From assembly GCA_964016885.1 (NCBI GenBank), contig OZ024740.1:221898001-221962000 (forward strand): a DNA stretch of 64,000 nucleotides, in the 5' to 3' direction. Position numbers and translations under genes: made by a program. The DNA comes from Eledone cirrhosa. Lineage: Eukaryota. Positions 59,283 to 64,000 of this stretch are shown in pieces. Within the stretch, counting starts at the first letter, position 1; every line of letters begins with the position of its first letter. The notes below the pieces were generated by a model. That model had not been told where the DNA came from. It saw only the letters and a list, made by a program, of their open reading frames with translations, and did no database searches.

Positions 59283-61085
59283 AATGGAAAAATTTGAACA
59301 GGGACAAAACAGAGAGGCAGTACAAACGTTTATTAATTTCACGCTCTGGAGAGTGGGGTGTAGGTGGGGGACGACGTTTCGGGCATAAGCCCTTCCTCAG
59401 GTGAGAAGTGTGTGGGAACAGAGTTCAAAGGGTGTGTAGGGGAGTGGTGGAGAGACATATAGCGAAAGGAAACGGTGCGAATGAAAAAATAACAAGTAAA
59501 GATAAAAATAAAAATAAAAATAAGCATGATCAAAATACAAGGAATGAGATAAATTTAAAAATAAAGGCATGATCAAAATAAACTGAAATTAAAAGGGGGG
59601 TAAACAGGTGGTGGAAGGGTGTGGGGTGTGTAGGGGTGGTGGCGGGTGGAGTGGGGAGAGGGAGACGGGGTGTCCGAGCGGGGAGGGCTGAAGGTCGTGT
59701 GTGTGTGTAGGTGTGCGTGTGTGTGTATGTGAAAGTAAGGGTTGGGGGAAGAACGGGGTTGCATGTTCAGGAAGAGGTGTGTGTGGGGGAGGGGGGTTGT
59801 GGGTCGGAGTATCTGTGCGTGTGTGGATAGAGGGGTGGGGGGAGAGGAATCAGGAGGCTGAGGGTGTAAATATGCGGTGGAAAGCACGTGTGTGTGGGGT
59901 TTAAGCGTGTTGTGGGTGTGGGTGGCGTGTGGAGAAAAAAATTTGTTTGGGGTGTGTGTGTGGGTGAGTTATATAGGTGATTACGTAAGAGGATGGTTGA
60001 AAAGTTGGTAAATTCCAAAGATGTTTAGTGGATTGGTTGTAGGTGAATTTATGCGTGTGTGTAATCCATGAAGCGGTGGTCGGAAGAGGAGAGATGTGGG
60101 GTGCGCGCGCAACAGGAAGTGGTCAGCAGTGGGAGTGCTGTGGTCTGTTAGCGCTGGGAGGCGGTCAGAGAGCATAGCAGCAGTCGGTGGAATGGTAAGG
60201 GGGCGAGGATGGGTAGGTGTGAAAGTTGGAGTGAGGAGGGTGTGTGTGTGTGTGTGTGTATTAGTAGGGGTATTAGTGGGATGAGTGAGTGTGGAGCGAG
60301 GGTGTGGGTGGAGCGGGGAGGAGAGAAGGGTGTGTGTGGTTCTATGGAGGGAGTGTGGTGTACTGGTGTGTGTGTGTAGTTTGATGAAGATGTGTTAGTG
60401 GGTGTTAGTATAAGGGAGGTGGGGAGGGGTTGAATGCAGGTGTGAGTGGGGGTTAGTGGTGGTAGGGTGTATAGAGTTGGTGGTGTACGAGGGTGTGTGG
60501 GTACGTGTGCGTGGGGTTGGGGGGGTGTTAGTGATGTTAGTTGCGTGTGGGGTGGGTGGTGTAAGTGGGTGCGTGTGTTCGTGTGCTTGGGGTTAGGGGG
60601 TGTTAGTGAGGTTAGTTGCGGGGTGGTGGGATGGAGGTGTGGGGGTGAGAGGTGTGGGGGTGAGGGTTAGTGGTGGTAGTAGGGTGTGTGTTTAGTGTGA
60701 GCGCGTGTATAGATGTGCCGGTGGGTGTGTGCGTGTGATAAGGAGGGGGGGTGAGGGGAGGGAAGGGATGTTAGTATGTTAGTTGGGGAAGGGTGGTCAG
60801 ATGAGGGGTGGAGTGGAGGTGTTAGTATTGTTAGTTGTGGGGTGGGCGGTGAAAAGAAGGGGTGTGTTAGTGGCGTTAGTGGGGGATAAGGGTGGGCGGT
60901 CGGGGGGGGGGGGGGGGTTGAAGGCTAAAGGAATAAGGGTGGGGAGTTCAGGCGGGGGGGAGTGTGGGTCTGTAAGATGAAAATAGTTCGTTGTTCGACC
61001 GTAAGGCGATTGGCGGGTGTTCCGTGGCACTGGAGTAGGCCACAGACTGTGACAGAGGAATACTGCGTGGTTGCACATGGGTTAC
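59283..61085 (-). mobile_element. Degenerate PLE-like element with strong G/T versus C/A strand skew
   Basis: TA flanks. Minus-strand CTGAGGA-agggc.ttat.gccc-GAAA-cgtcg-TC (59370-59400) followed by AATAAA. Weak ADHF...HGLHTRINS remnant. Confidence 0.5.
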
Positions 61086-61099
61086 ATATATATATATAT

Positions 61100-61742
61100 A
61101 TAAAATTAAAATCGATTCCGGATTCTTTTTCTTTATAAGACAGTATATAGAGTAAAATATACTAAGAGGTATGTGTTCAATTATGACAAAATGGTTTTCA
61201 CTCTGGTGGTATTCTATCCCCTATAATTGGACACATAACTCTTTGTGTATTTCTCTTTATATACTGTCTTATAAAGAGCCCGGAATCAATTCCTTGAGCT
61301 CATTAAATTATATGGGATTAACCTGAGTCTTTAACTCGGTTTTTTTAATTTAATATATTGGCTCTTGATTCATTTCTATATGTAAGTAGAGCTTGTTAAG
61401 TTGAATGGTTCTCAGCTACTGTTTCTGGCGGTCTTTTGGCCCATTCACACGACCATGGGCTACATAGCACGCCTGTTTTCTCTTTCCACCATGTGCGTAT
61501 ACTAGTTATCTGATATATTGTTAGAAGTGTAGATCATATTATTGGTCCACCTGTTGATAAGCCGTCAATGGTATGAATCTACACTTTATTTGTGGCGAAA
61601 CATGCTTACAGCATGTCCAGATGTTATAGTTATAAAAGAATGGTTTGTACATTTTAATTTATTCTTTTAATTAATATGTATTCTCCATCCCTTTCGTAGA
61701 CAATATGGCTTTCACTATGGTGGTATTCTATCCCCTATAAAA
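61100..61742 (+). mobile_element. Retrozyme-like element, 514-nt monomer with inverted 5' piece
   Basis: Direct repeat 61185-61226 / 61699-61740. 61113-61185 is inverted relative to 61222-61289. TA flanks. Confidence 0.78.
61549..61622 (+). ncRNA. Type I hammerhead ribozyme, U3-A8 core variant
   Basis: ctg-TTGATAA-gcc...ggc-GAAA-catgct.tac.agcatg-TC-cag. Confidence 0.72.
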
Positions 61743-61745
61743 ATG

Positions 61746-61778
<33 letters not shown>

Positions 61779-61837
61779 ATGTGTGTGTGTGTGTGTGCAT
61801 GTGTATGCATACATATATATATGTATATATATATATG

Positions 61838-61923
<86 letters not shown>

Positions 61924-61951
61924 ATAGATAGATAGATAGATGGAGAGAGAA

Positions 61952-62038
<87 letters not shown>

Positions 62039-62173
62039 GAGAGAGAGAGAACTGATTATCTGTATGTTTTATGTATCTAATCCAAACCTGTTACAGGAAA
62101 GATTTTCCTTTATATATGTATAATTGATTTTAGGATATAGCTTATGTTTCCCTTTTCATTTTTTCTCTCAATC

Positions 62174-62254
<81 letters not shown>

Positions 62255-63005
62255 AAACACACACAAACAAACACACACAAACACACACGTATATATATAT
62301 TACAAAATTGGCAACAAATGAAATTAAAACCTGACACAAAGATAGGAATGCACGGATGAGTGACGAAGTAATATATACAGACGATAGAAAAGTGGTAACA
62401 TGCGCCAAACGACCTCGGTGGTTATCGGCTGTCGAAATGGATAGTTTCAACAACTGTTGACTGTGAACTATACATATACAAAACAAAATGAAACGAAACA
62501 GATGTGGAATAAGATGGTGAAGATAAAATAAATAAATAAATGCTTGATATAGAAATGTAACAATCATCCATCACTCATATAATGATTGATCGATTCAGTA
62601 GTGAGACTCATAGTGACAAAAACAAGGCACAGTAGGGTAACGGGGAGAGGCGAACAAATTCTTTACGACATACATGTTTGGTGAATCAGAGGATCATCAG
62701 ACAAGATTCTTGTCTTCTGGTCCTCTGAATGCACAGGTGAAATCCAGAGAAACATGAGGCATCACTTAGCTAAAATAAAGAATTTTATTAAGCACTATTT
62801 GGGTATTGAATACTCCTTCTTATGACCATCAATATCATATATATATATATATATATATATAGATCCAGCTGTCGAAACGGCCGGAGCTCAGCCGTCGGGG
62901 TCCTGAATCTTTTCATATTACCCACTTTACTACCAGAAGTATCGAGTACTCTGGTGCGTTATTGTCCACCTGGTATCTTACCACACCCTCTTTATTATAT
63001 ATATA

Positions 63006-63039
<34 letters not shown>

Positions 63040-63864
63040 ATGCCTGGCCGTGTGTAAATGAATATGTTCGTTTTGTAATATGGCGGCTATTGAAAATGTG
63101 AGAATTAGAGCTTTCGACGTATTTTGCGTACATAAAATAGTGTAATATCAGGGCATATAAGACCCATAACGCGAAACAATGGGCATCAACACGTGAGAGA
63201 AGCGATCTCCCGCCTCATATTGCCCGGATGTGTATGCATTATACAATATTGTGTAAATACGCCATATTCATTAAGCAAATATTTCCTGCTGGCACTCATT
63301 TGCAACTGAATGATCTAGAGCAGCGTAAAATGAAGTGTGTGGTTGTAAGACAGAACGTGTCACCCGGTCTGAGTACTGAACTCACGACCTAATGATCAAG
63401 AATCCTTATGGTCCCCACTAGGCTACGGGCTTTCACTAAGAATAAAAAAGTTGACATTAGATAGTGGTTTGGAGAGATGTAAATCGGTAGAAATTAAACA
63501 AAATATGGCGACCATTGGAGATTCAAATGATTGAAATTTGATGTAACACAGAGGATCGCGATAGATGGGGTTGATAATGTAAAAATTTAAAATTATTATC
63601 AATAAATCAACAATAAATCAAACCAGGAATCTCGACATGTAATTCCCATTTCTCATCCCCCATTCCCCTTATGTATTATTCATTATTTCGGTGATTAATG
63701 AAATGGTTTGATATTTCTATTTTATTTGAAACTATTTTATTCAACAGATAATTTACACAAATACATGTTGGTGTTAATTCTCATTTCAGATGTCTCTCGC
63801 AGCTTGTTTCTAACATTATCCCCTGTGTATCTATTTGTCTATCTATATGCCACTATATACCTAC

Positions 63865-63959
63865 CTACCTACCTACCTACCTACCTACCTACCTACCTAC
63901 ATATCTATCTATCTATCTATCTATCTTTCCATCTCTTTCTCTTTATCTCTCTTTATCTC

Positions 63960-63992
<33 letters not shown>

Positions 63993-64000
63993 TCTCTCTC
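63865..64000. repeat. (CCTA)n/(CTAT)n/(CT)n microsatellites
   Basis: Directly visible. Confidence 0.95.

Noticed and set aside
60430-60700. Interstitial telomeric repeats
   Set aside because: Only scattered GTTAG/TTAGGG words in G-rich low-complexity sequence, with no tandem array.
62680-62750. Minus-strand CTGATGA inside a hairpin
   Set aside because: Could not assemble GAAA, stem III and UH in a valid hammerhead order.

Overview
AT-rich, microsatellite-dense animal DNA. The SINE types and repeat landscape look cephalopod/octopus-like (inference). No convincing multi-exon host gene is visible. The window is a nest of mostly dead transposons: a full-length Gypsy (Mag-like) LTR element with 272-bp LTRs and a GAATC target duplication, inserted into the inverted terminal repeat of a Penelope-like element (PLE); several PLE RT/GIY-YIG fragments; a near full-length decayed Tx1/L1-type LINE plus two 3' fragments; R4/Dong-, RTE- and CRE-type LINE tails; a Tc1 and an internally deleted mariner; a probable Helitron end; and two tRNA-derived SINE families. 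The unexpected layer is a dense set of short non-coding insertions in (TA)n tracts with terminal direct repeats and fold-back ends. Many carry type-I hammerhead ribozyme motifs (retrozyme/PLE-pLTR-like), some with a compensatory U3-A8 core. Two such elements instead share a 104-nt motif with five compensatory base-pair changes and a pseudoknot that I cannot assign to a known RNA family; this is the best novelty candidate. Structures and alignments were read by eye, so boundaries may be off by a few bases.
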